A DNA stretch of 26,989 bases, from NCBI RefSeq assembly GCF_004010195.1, contig NC_057719.1:65599634-65626622 (forward strand). The letters run 5' to 3'. This document shows, in pieces, positions 1 to 10,281 of the stretch (within the stretch, counting starts at the first letter, position 1; each line of letters starts with the position of its first letter). Origin of the DNA: Chiloscyllium plagiosum. Taxonomy: Eukaryota. The notes under the pieces are model-generated. The model did not search any database, was not told where the DNA came from, and worked only from the letters and a program-made list of their open reading frames with translations. A program made the translations under genes and the position numbers.

Positions 1-2092
1 TGCTGAACTTGTTTCAACAAGTAAACACTGATACTCTGGCTAACACTCCAATTTCTGCATGCTTCCAATCTTGAAGCTAAGCTTGCTATGACTCGATTGA
101 GTGACACAACTTCAGAAAGCTGCCCTCCTCCCTTTTACTGTACTGGCACAGGGATGTTAACAATTCAACATCTGAGTGAAAGTCAGGGACAAGTGTTAGC
201 ATTTTGTGTCATGGCGGAAAGAACAGAGAGAAATAAATATGTGCAAGAAGCAACTGCTGTTTGTCATTCAGAGTCTATAGTGCAACATAGGAATGAGGAA
301 AGGAAAATAAGGAAAGCTGTGAAGAGATCCTAAGTCATTTGGTACTTTGAAAACTCTGCTGACATTGCTAACTATCTTTTTGGATGTTATAACCATGTTC
401 TGGGAACTAAGCTCCTTATAATAACCTCAGTTATTTCTTCCCATTGGCAACTCAGATGCTACTGAGAGAGCAGGGGTGTCCCTCATCTTGTACACCATCA
501 GAATTAGGACCCCTGAAGTTCCATCAGGGAAGCTGAGAGCCAAACAACAGATCTTATAGGCTTTGGTCTCATAGGACAAAACAGGACCACACACCGCAAA
601 AAAACGACACTAAAAGAAAAAATGGCCAAACTAACACACAACAGAGAGGACACCACAACACATACATGGGTTAGAAACCTCTCTCACATACAGTTCACAG
701 ACACGGAAGGAATAATACTGGCCAAGGGACTCAACTATAACCACAGGGACGCCAAGACAGCAGACTTCCTAGCAGCACTAGAATGCACACTCAGAAACAA
801 TGGACTGACAGAAGAGACACAACAAACAGTGAGACAAAGGAAAAGACAAACCCATAACCTCAACACCAACACTAGGGAAGCACTAAAAACACTAAGAAAC
901 GATAAGAACATAATCATACTACCAGCTGACAAAGGCAGAATGACGGTCATCCTGGACGAAGCAGACTACATTCAAAAAGCGCAACAACTACTTGCAGATA
1001 CCAACACCTACCAAAAGAGAGAGTTTGACCCCAACTCCACAGCTCACCAATAGGATAAACAACACACTGAGGAACCTGCAAAAAAATGGACAGGTTTGAC
1101 CTACAGAGAATGAAACCTGAAAGCAACTCCACCCCCAGATTCTATGGACCACCTAAAATGCACAAACCAGACATCCCACTCTGACCCATAGTATCACTAC
1201 CAGGGACACCATCACACAACCTTGCTAAAGAACTACAACAGAAACTCAAACACCTGATCAACGGATCCAGACACTCTGTACAGTCAACACAGGAATTCTT
1301 GGACATCATCAGAAATATACATATAGACAAGAAAGAAACTATGGTCTCATTCGATGTAATGGCACTGTTCACCTCTATCAACAAAACCCTAGCCAGAGAA
1401 ACAATATACAGAACAGACAACAAGACGGGGAACCTATCAACAAAGACGGCATACTCAAACTACTGGACGTATGCCTCACAATACACTTCACATTCAACAA
1501 CCAAATATATGAACAAATCAACGGCACACCCATGGGCTCCCCCATGGGCACACCCATAGCAGAAGGGTAATGCAAAGATTAGAACAAACAGTTTTCCTGC
1601 AAATTCAACCCAAACTCTGGGTCAGGTATGTAGATGACACCTTTGCAATCATTAAAAACACAGAAATAGAGAATACACACCAGATCATCAACTCCACACT
1701 CGCAGGAATCCGATTCACTAGAGAGGAAGAAAAGGACAACCAACTCCCATTCCTAGATGTGATGGTACAGAGAACACCGAACGGAGAATTCCCCACAAAA
1801 GTATACAGGAAAGCCACACACACAGAATTATGACAGCAACCACCACAACACACACAAAAGAAGTTGCATCAAGACACTGTTCAAAAGGGCCACAACACAC
1901 TGTAGCACACCAGAACTGCAAAAAGAGGAAGAAGGACACCTCTACAATGTATTCGCCAAAAACGGATACCCCCGCAATTTCATCAACAGATGCCTAAGGG
2001 AAAGACAACGGAATGAGGACATGCCACAACCCAAAGGACTGGCCACGTTACCATACATCAAGAACATTTCTGAACTGACAGCCAGACTACTG

Positions 2093-2275
2093 NNNNNNNN
2101 NNNNNNNNNNNNNNNNNNNNNNNNNNNNNNNNNNNNNNNNNNNNNNNNNNNNNNNNNNNNNNNNNNNNNNNNNNNNNNNNNNNNNNNNNNNNNNNNNNNN
2201 NNNNNNNNNNNNNNNNNNNNNNNNNNNNNNNNNNNNNNNNNNNNNNNNNNNNNNNNNNNNNNNNNNNNNNNNNNN
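2093..2275. other. Assembly gap (183 N)
   Basis: Run of N in the sequence. Confidence 1.
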
Positions 2276-2508
2276 TGAATTCGACTGGGACAACACTACT
2301 ATTAAAGGACAAGCCAAACAGAGAACAGCCAGGGAATTCCTAGAGGCATGGCATTCATCCACAGATTCTATCAACAAACATATCGACCTGGACCCAATAT
2401 ACCGGCCACTGCAGCGGACAGCTGGAACTGACAACCGGAAGCGGCAGAGACAAACCACTATAAATGCCGGAGGAAACATCACAGAAGCGCTTCACAGGAG
2501 GCTCCCAA

Positions 2509-2548
2509 GCACTGAGGATGTCACCTAGGCAGAGAATGAAACGTCTGC
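2509..2548 (+). ncRNA. Minimal type I hammerhead ribozyme motif at PLE 3' end (helix II degenerate)
   Basis: GCA-CTGAGGA(2512-2518)...GAAACGTC(2538-2545)-TGC gives a CUGANGA and GAAA core, palindromic ACGT helix III and 3-bp helix I. Helix II is only partly paired. Minimal HHRs in PLE terminal repeats are established. Confidence 0.65.
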
Positions 2549-3073
2549 AACACAAATTTCCAGCTCAGCGAACAGAACCACAACAGGCTTTGGTCTGTTC
2601 ACAAGCAATTCTTTTTGCCTGCACCTACAGTGCATCTCCCATTAAAGGGTGTTGCCTACATATATATGTATACACATACGTAGTATAAAACATCAGAAGC
2701 TTCCAATTTCTCTTATTTCCAAAAACAGCCTGCCCCATGGTAATGAGCTGTAACATAACAAACAAGTACAGCTTGCATTGTCACCTCTGTATATCCATTT
2801 TTTTGGCTCAATCAAGTTTCTAGGCCACAGAGTCGCAACTTTAATCCGGTTCACTTGGTTCAATTAATAAGAATTACTTCATAAAATGATAGAAATTAAA
2901 AAGCATGCCATGCCTCCTGATATTAGGAAAACATATTTATTTACTTCAAAAAGAATGTGACAAACTGACCTCCAGAATTCTAATTATTTCTTCCTCACAG
3001 TTCTCCCTTTAATTAACTTTACTTCCTCACAGTCTTTCTGCTACTTCACTGCACTATATAGCTTTTCCTTCAC

Positions 3074-3868
3074 ACATAGAACATAGAACATAGAACATAG
3101 AAAAATACAGCGCAGTACAGGCCCTTTGGCCCTCGATGTTGCGCCGATCCAAGCCCCCCCAACCTACACTAGCCCACTATCCTCCATGTGCCTATCCAAT
3201 GCCCGTTTAAATGCCCAAAAAGAGGGAGAGTCCACCACTGCTACTGGCAGGGCATTCCATGAACTCACAACTCGCTGAGTAAAAGATCTACCCCTAACAT
3301 CTGTCCTATACCTACCACACCTTAATTTAAAGCTATGCCCCCTCGTAATAGCTGACTCCATACGTGGAAAAAGGTTCTCACGGTCATCCCTATCTAAACC
3401 CCTAATCATTTTGTACACCTCTATCAAGTCACCCCTAAACCTTCTTTTCTCCAATGAAAACAGCCCCAAGTGCCTCAGCCTTTCCTCATACGATCTTCCT
3501 ACCATACCAGGCAACATCCTGGTAAACCTCCTCTGCACCCGTTCCAGTGCCTCCTCATCCTTCCTATAGTATGGCGACCAAATCTGCACACAATACTCCG
3601 GATGCGGCTGCACCAGAGTCTTATACAACTGCAACATTACCTCAGTACTCCGGAACTCAATTCCTCTACCAATAAAAGCCAGTACGCCATATGCCTTCTT
3701 CACCGCACTATTTACCTGGGTGGCAACTTTCAAAGATCTGTGTACATGGACACCAAGATCCCTCTGCTCAACCACACTACCAAGTATCCGACCATTAGCC
3801 CAGTACCCCATCTTTTTATTATTCTTACCAAAGTGAATCACCTCACACTTAGCTACATTGAACTCCAT
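3074..3868 (-). mobile_element. CR1 LINE 3' fragment (young subfamily) with open ORF2 C-terminus and 7-bp tandem tail
   Basis: ORF 3164..3868 (-) reads MEFNVAKCEVIHFG...QRDLGVHV...LERVQRRFTRM...WNALP, i.e. CR1 ORF2 C-terminus. The tail is four copies of ACATAGA at 3074-3101, read (TCTATGT)n on the element strand. Confidence 0.95.
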
Positions 3869-5335
3869 AAATAGAAGAATTTTGTGATATTGAGTGTGAA
3901 ATATTCTCTGTTACAGAAGATAACAAATTGCTTAATATTTAGCCCTTGGAACAAAAACAAAAACCTCTGGACACTTTTATATTCGGCTTACGGGAATACA
4001 TTTCATGAGAAAGGTGAAATGATGACTATAGTGTTCAACTTTTCTGTGTTTGATTATGTGAGTCTGTTTACTATTGAGGCTCACTGTATTTGACGGGTTG
4101 AACCTGGCTGTGGAGGTCAGTAAGTAACTGAAAGAGCTGGAAACCACAGCTGAAGCAGAAATTTGACATTTTAAAACATATTGAATACATAGGTTACATA
4201 AGTGCCATCTCTGCATTGATCCATGATATATCAAACATACAACATAACCCTCCTTTTAAAATTCTCTGTTCCCTAACCCTGACTGTTTCTTATGCACTGT
4301 CCTCATCTGATTCATTCTAGTTTCATAGCTTTAACCTTGTGAACTTTTGGAACTGAGAACTTCTACTAGTTAAGGAATGGGATATGGTGCAGTAAGTGTT
4401 CCTTCCAGGACATAAAACAACTCTCAGCTAAAATATTGTGTTCAGTATTGATCACATATTGTGGATGATATTGTACAGGAGGGTCATTAGACTTATTGTC
4501 AGTATAAAGTATCTGGTTATCAAAAAAAAGCTGCAAGATTTTGAGCTGTTCGCTTGAGTGTTGTGATATGATAATCTGAATGAAGTTTATAAGAGGAAGA
4601 ATAAACTAGATTACGTTCTGGGTCACAGCTTGTTTCAGTTAAATAGGTTAATGAGGACCAGGACCACCATGTTAAGTTGCATAATTCCAGTGTGAGGGTA
4701 GATGTTAGGAGACAATTTGACTGCCAACGAATATTGGTCCTCAGGAAACAGGCTTCCCTAGTGATTGCCAATTTGCTGAATTCAATAATATCCAGAGGGA
4801 AGAAACATTGATGAATGATGCATATTGGTCCAATTCAATCTTGTATTCTTCAAAATGGAAGTCCAGTAAAAATGGCATGCTCATTTTCAAGTAATTTTGT
4901 ACCTTTTTCTTCACTTTTTCATCCTCTGGACCTGGTCTTGGTCAGAGCTGAAATTATTTTTTACAAAAGATAGTTATCAAAGGGCGAGTGTGATGTTGTC
5001 AAGATCCAATAAGGCTGGAATGACAAAAAGGAACTTTTCATATTCTTTCCACCAAATTGCTTTGGATTTTTATCTGAATTTACAATCCCAGATTTTCTCA
5101 GGATAGCAGATGATTTTTGGATTCACTGAGGACATGTATAAATCATGAAACACAAGTCACCACAATTGTATGGGCCGGGCTGATTAGATTTTTCCTGTCT
5201 GTTTATATGTTCTCACTGCCTGCTGTGCTTTGTACCCCAGAAATATGCAGAGAGTATATATGGCACAACAGAAGTGTCATTTACAATGCTTCTAAAATTG
5301 CTTCAATAGTTAAAAATCACACAACACCAGGTTAT

Positions 5336-5484
5336 TCTTCAGGCTCTCTGCCTTTATTCCCGATGAAGGGCTTTTGCCCGAAACGTCGATTTTGCCTGTC
5401 CTCGGATGCTGCCTGAATTGCTGTGCTCTTCCAGCACCACTAATCCAGAATCTGGTTTCCAGCATCTGCAGTCATTGTTTTTAC
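5336..5484 (+). mobile_element. Short HHR-bearing PLE-type insertion nested in the fold-back element
   Basis: Flanked by 14-bp direct repeat CAACACCAGGTTAT (5322-5335, 5485-5498). A second copy of this sequence lies on the - strand at 17963-18117. Confidence 0.85.
5356..5391 (+). ncRNA. Minimal hammerhead ribozyme motif with one core substitution
   Basis: CCGATGA (5360-5366; CUGAUGA with U>C), then A-GGGC-TTTT-GCCC (perfect helix II), then GAAACGTC (5380-5387). Confidence 0.7.
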
Positions 5485-5521
5485 CAACACCAGGTTATAG
5501 TCCAACAGGCTTAATTGGAAA

Positions 5522-5556
5522 CACTAGCTTAAATTGCGCTGCTCCTTCATCAGGTG
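5522..5556 (-). ncRNA. Degenerate hammerhead motif (mirror copy in left arm)
   Basis: Minus strand reads CAC-CTGATGA-AGGAGCAGCGC-AATTTAAGCTA-GTG. CUGAUGA is intact but the 3' side of helix II and the GAAA box are disrupted. Confidence 0.55.
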
Positions 5557-5633
5557 GTAGTGGAGTACATGATTGTAAGACAAGAGTTTATTTTGCTATA
5601 AGCTCCGTGTCTTAGAATCATGTACTCCACAAC

Positions 5634-5668
5634 CACCTGATGAAGGAGCAGCGCTCCGAAAGCTAGTG
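5634..5668 (+). ncRNA. Minimal type I hammerhead ribozyme motif, core intact
   Basis: CAC-CTGATGA(5637-5643)-A-GGAGC-AGC-GCTCC-GAAA(5658-5661)-GC-TA-GTG: full core, 5-bp helix II, palindromic AGCT helix III, UH site at 5664-5665, helix I CAC/GTG. Confidence 0.8.
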
Positions 5669-6485
5669 CTTCCAATTAAACCTGTTGGACTATAACCTAG
5701 TCTTGTGTGATTTTTAACTTTGTATAGCCCAGTCCAACACTGGCATCTCCAAATCTTTGCTTCAATAGACTTCTTTCTCAGTCACTGCATCTGGACTTGG
5801 CTAACAGCACATTGAACAGAGAAGAAGAACAGAGATGTACAATCAAACCCATTCGTTGTGATAGGTTGGGAAGGTTCACAATGTCTCCTCTTTCACAGCA
5901 GTGATTTGCCATGTCGTCACTCCTCAGAAAGTCAGGCTCATTGTGTTTAGGTGATCTGAATATCATGATTGAAGAGTTGGCCTCATGTACAAGCTGCATA
6001 TATAAATGTGGTACCTGCATGTGAGGGTGAGATCGAGCTGTGAATGTTAGACATGAATCATAATTGATAACAATTGTTGAATACAAGGATGTTATGAACT
6101 AAACAGTGTCTGAGGCTATGGTGGAGTTAGTGAAAGATGGCATTGATGATCATTCCACTTATATTGACAACAGAGAAGAATCAATAGACACATACAAACA
6201 AACACCAAACAATACCACACACACAACGTTTTATAATATTAAACATAACTTAAAACAATCAGTGAAAGTTAGGCCAGCATTTAATACAGATTATATAATG
6301 TAATGACATGTTGACAAACACAAATATATTAAGAGTTGAAAAGATTTTCAAAATTCTGAAAACAACAGAAGGATGACAACTGTACACCCAGAGGAATTGT
6401 GCTGGCAAATCTTTGACCTTCCTGCTTCACTGAAACTCTTTAATTTACAACATTTACCACATCCCTGTGGCTATTTGGTGTCTTT

Positions 6486-6675
6486 ATAGAGTCATAAGGT
6501 ATTACAGCATGGAACAAAGCTCATTGGCCCATCGTATCCCTGCCAGTGTCTACCTAATGCCATTTTCTAGCAGTTTGCCCATAGTCTTGTATACTACAGT
6601 GTTTCGAGTAGTCAGCTAAATACTTCTCACTCTCAGGCTGCGAGTTCCAGATATCCACCATTCTCCAGGTAAAAA
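6486..6675 (-). mobile_element. Old CR1-type 3' end fragment
   Basis: Begins ATAGAGTCATA...TACAGCATGGAAC...GGCCC, like the CR1 tails at 24963 and 20697. Minus translation gives RMVDIWNSQP (WNSLP-like). Confidence 0.65.
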
Positions 6676-7042
6676 AGAATAAGGAACAAAGAACAAAGAA
6701 AATTACAGCACAGGAACAGAACCTTTGGCGCTCCAAGCCTGCACCAATCCAGATCCTCTATCTAAACCTATCATCTATTTGCTAAGGGTCGGTATCCCTT
6801 TGCTCCCTGCCCATTCATGTATCTCTCTAGATACATGTTAAATGACACTATCACACCTGCCTCTACCAAGTCTGCTGGCAATGCATTCCAGGCACCCACC
6901 ACCCTTTGCGTAAAGAACTTTCCACTCATATCTCCCCTAAACTTTTCCCCTCTCACCTTGAACTTGTGACGCCTAGTAATTGAGTCCCCCACTCTGGGGG
7001 AAAAGCACTTGCTATCCACCCTGTTTATACATATCATGATTG
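6676..7042 (-). mobile_element. CR1 LINE 3' fragment with (TCTTTGT)n tail
   Basis: ORF 6771..7070 reads TRRHKFKVRGEKFRGD...FFTQRVVGAWNALP. GAACAAA repeats at about 6684-6700. Same subfamily as 14375-14620. Confidence 0.9.
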
Positions 7043-7309
7043 TTTTCCCAATGTCAAAACTCGAGAACATAAATGTGGAGTTTCAGCCATGCTGATAAGA
7101 TCAGGACAGAATTCGGATGCAAATAACTTTCAGCTGGAGATTAGAGCCATATCAAGGGAAAGTGTGTGAGCAACTGATTGCATCGAACGGCAGTGATGTG
7201 TGCAGAAGTTCATTTGTTACTTCCTCAATGCTTCAATCTTTCGCCAAGCTAAACTGGACAGTCCCCAAAAACAGCCACATAAATCTTGATGCAGAATTCA
7301 TTGCTCGTT

Positions 7310-7339
7310 GCTGTCGATCACTAAGCTGTCGATCACTAA
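7310..7339. repeat. Perfect 15-bp tandem duplication GCTGTCGATCACTAA x2
   Basis: Seen directly at 7310-7324 and 7325-7339. Confidence 0.95.
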
Positions 7340-7904
7340 TTTTCCTGGTTGTCTACACCCCTCAGCTGAGTGATTGTGGGGGAGTGGAGGCTCCTGGTCA
7401 GCAGTACATAAAGCTACCATGCATCAGTTAGAGTCAATCTGCACCTCTTACATGTGTGGTTCCTTCTGATTGTAAGTGGTCTTAGAGTCGTATTAATATC
7501 AAAGGAGACCAGGCACCTTTTGAATCCATGGGACTGTTTGTGGAAGGAAACATGAGATTATAGTCTAAGTTCTCTTCAATACCTATTAACTGCAGCAAAC
7601 ACTCCAGAATGTCTGATTTAATGGATATTTCAGAGAGTTCCAGGCAAAGGGAACTCTCATTGCCCATTGGAAACTTCAACTTCCTAGTGGAAAACTCAAC
7701 TTCCCTCAGAATCTGTTCCATCAAAGATTCGATCCTGCACCAACCAATCTCTCTCTGCCCATCTACACTGCAGAAACTATGTCTGGCAATTGTAAAATCC
7801 ATGCAATGATATCACACTTTCCTCTCTCTGGCTGGACAAAGTACTGCTGCATGGAGGCAGCAGAGGCTAACCGGTGAGACTGTGTGTTCAGCTGTGTGTT
7901 GCAA

Positions 7905-8065
7905 ACCATTGAGCAAGCAAACCTGTGGGAGATGAAGTGTAAAGTGCAAAAATGATCCATTTTGCATTTTAATGGGAAGAGGCAGAAAATTATTTGAATG
8001 GAAAGAGATTGCAAAGTGCAGTAGTGCAGAGGGATCTGTCATCCTTGGACATAAATTACAGCATC
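7905..8065 (+). mobile_element. Highly decayed CR1 ORF2 fragment
   Basis: Translates in pieces as ANLWEMKCKVQK*SILHF...YLNGKRLQSAVVQRDL, homologous to MEFNVAKCEVIHFG...GRILGSVVEQRDL in the 3164..3868 ORF. Confidence 0.6.
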
Positions 8066-9611
8066 AGCCTATCAGCATATTTTTGCCGGATGTTCCCTGT
8101 GCATGTCAGCACCCTCACCAAAATGGTCTCCAGCATGGCTCACACCAGCAGCACCCAGATGCCGTAAATGCCATTTTGAAGGTATAATATGATATTGAAA
8201 GAAAAGTTGCAAAGGAAATAGGTTTTGCAGGTCTAAGTCATTGAACAGCACCATGAGATGGTCGAAGCCAAGGTGTGTAGTTCAGGTAACTCTCACATAA
8301 AGACCAAAGCGATAATACTTCATCTGAATGCTTGACATGTATCTAATAGTAAATTCTACTCAGTCTTGAAATACACTGTATTTGTGTACCTCCCCACTGT
8401 GTTGGAGGCTCATGCTTAATGAATGCTCTCAGCAGACATTTGTTCTTACTAGCCTCCTTCAGAATGGCAAGTTGCCAATCAAAACTAGTTTGCTGATTGT
8501 TTCATTGAACAGGGAAGGATTTTGATATTCAACAAGTTGACGGAAGCCATGATTCAATACGCCAGGTCCCAAATGTGTGTGTCTGCCACAGAGTAGGATG
8601 GTTTTAAATGTTAACCAGCCAGTGTCTGTATGGCCTGAGAGATTGTTATGGTTTAAAGAAACTAAAACAGAACCTCTAAAACTAAATGAAACAAAAATAA
8701 ATGTCATGCATCTATCTTCACAATCACATCAGTTATGAGATTATCTGAAATATGCAAAATTATTCGATTCAGGAATTTTGCTGTGTTCACGAACCATATG
8801 ATACAGATCTGAAACTCTAGGCAAAACTTTACAGTGTCTGAATGACGTGGGCTATGGTGAGATTTGTTGTAGAATGAGGCTGGATAACTAGCCATGATAA
8901 TCTCGATGTTGGGAGCATCTCACTTCATCCTTTATGCTTTTGCTGAGTGCCAGACAAGGTAGATATCAAGAAATTTTGACTTGAGAATCAGAGAATCTGC
9001 AACTTCAACTAACTATTTGCACTATGTTGGATACTGAGCACCAACATCTCTGGGCACGACCACATGAGCCCATACTAAAGCATCTGCGACTAATAGTTTT
9101 CTGCAAAAGTGATCTTTTTTTTGAATCTGGTAATTGTAGTACAGCCTGGCATTCATGGAGCCACTTCTATGATAAGTGCAAAATGTTACTGTTCAGAAGT
9201 TTCAGACTTCTTCGTCAATGTTCATGTGGGTGTGTCTAGAGACCGACAAGGAAAGGCAAGTCAGCAACTCTGGCAAAAGCAATAAACTCAGTACAGTATA
9301 GGCACACAATACAAAATCTTATTTGATTTCTGGTGATCTGTAGTAGAAATTAAAGTGTTTTGTGCCCCTGACTTGTTATAAACTCTGAGTGATACATTTA
9401 ATGTCTAGAGAGAAGGAGACAGAGGTAAGTGAAAAGCTAAAGCTAACCCTAGCTCAAAGCCAAGTGAATGTAATTCCAAAGCATTAAGTACATTTTCTAA
9501 CCTTTGCTCATTACCCTGGCTGAATTTACCATCTCAAAGTTCCATGATACCAGCATTAGAATGATATGCTACATAGAATATTTCAAAATTAGTTTTTATG
9601 TTTCTGTCATT

Positions 9612-10251
9612 AACATCCACATGGCTCCCAGGTAAATAACACCTTGATTTTAAAATCCTCATTCTTGTTTTGAAAACTGCTCCGTTGTCTTGTTCCCCTC
9701 CATAATTTTCTCCAGTGTCATGGCCTTCCAAGATGTCTGTAGGCCTGGACTGCTGGTCCCTTCCCAGCTTTTTCGTATCCTTTAACATATGGAAGATGAT
9801 GGCCTTGCAACAATAAATTCAGTCATGGTGTCTTCATTCTGTGCAGCTTTGCTGATGGCTGTAGAGGCTGATCCTTCACAGAAGGTGTTGTCATTTATTT
9901 TTCTCTGTAGCAGCTAGTGATCCCAGGGGTATTAATAAGCTATGGTCTCTATGGCATTCCTGGATTTAATCACTCCACTGTTCCTAACCATGCTTTCAGC
10001 TGCCTGCATCCTAAATCCAGGAAGTTTGCCCCCCTTCCCCACCTCCCTCCTCCCTATCTCTCAGTCCATCCATCTTCTTGCCATTCTTCTCTCCCTAGAA
10101 AAGCTTCTTAAAACCTACCACGTTAACTGAGGCTTTTTTTTGTCATCTTGCCCTAGTATGAGGCCATCACTTTGTCTTTTAATGTACAGTGAAGTGTCTT
10201 GAGACATTTCATTCTGTTAAAGGTGCTATATAAATACAAGCTGTTATTGTT
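9612..10251 (+). mobile_element. L2/CR1-group LINE 3' end (interrupted about 9790-9955)
   Basis: ACATGGCTCCCA...CTTGATTTTAAAATCCTCATTCTTGTT matches an (H)WLP...DFKILILV motif, and HAFSCL lies at about 9985. The tail GTTAAAGGTGCTATATAAATACAAGCTGTTATTGTT resembles L2-type 3' termini (recall). Confidence 0.6.
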
Positions 10252-10281
10252 TTTAAAATTTTCAGTCACGTTATTTACCTA

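Larger units (their letters stand above)
570..2584 (+). mobile_element. 5'-truncated, frameshifted Penelope-like retroelement (RT + GIY-YIG endonuclease C-terminus + 3' pLTR-like end)
   Basis: ORF pieces carry PLE-type RT motifs: ILPADKG (622..1053), MVSFDVMALFT (1299..1559), GTPMGSP (about 1523-1543), WVRYVDDTF and LPFLDV (1570..1833). After the N gap the + strand reads EFDWDNTT...REFLEAWH...SINKH, typical of a GIY-YIG C-terminus; the GIY/YIG motifs themselves would lie in the gap. A 12-bp direct repeat AGGCTTTGGTCT flanks it at 558-569 and 2585-2596 (TSD). Confidence 0.92.
5310..5756 (+). mobile_element. Non-autonomous PLE-derived fold-back element (inverted terminal-repeat pair plus short tail)
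   Basis: Left arm (5310-5335 plus 5499-about 5590) is the reverse complement of the right arm (about 5591-5718), followed by an unpaired tail 5719-5756. 12-bp TSD TTGCTTCAATAG at 5298-5309 and 5757-5768. Each arm has an HHR motif. Confidence 0.85.

Noticed and set aside
88..333. 81-aa ORF and other short ORFs in unique regions (4.0-9.5, 15-16.9, 18.4-19.5, 20.0-20.6 kb) as host exons
   Set aside because: I found no recognisable domains and no consistent acceptor/donor pairs. Small real exons cannot be excluded without RNA-seq.
3074..3101. Short direct-repeat arrays as CRISPR or other prokaryotic systems
   Set aside because: There are no spacers, the units are 7-8-bp CR1 tails, and the window is clearly vertebrate repeat-rich DNA.
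3470..3874. 134-aa + strand ORF (likewise 25198..25692, 25708..26076, 11000..11380)
   Set aside because: These are antisense shadows of CR1 ORF2 with no independent protein features.
7609..7809. LPIGNFNF as an APE GDFN motif of an old LINE
   Set aside because: It is a single short motif with no other endonuclease motifs at the right spacing, so too weak to call.
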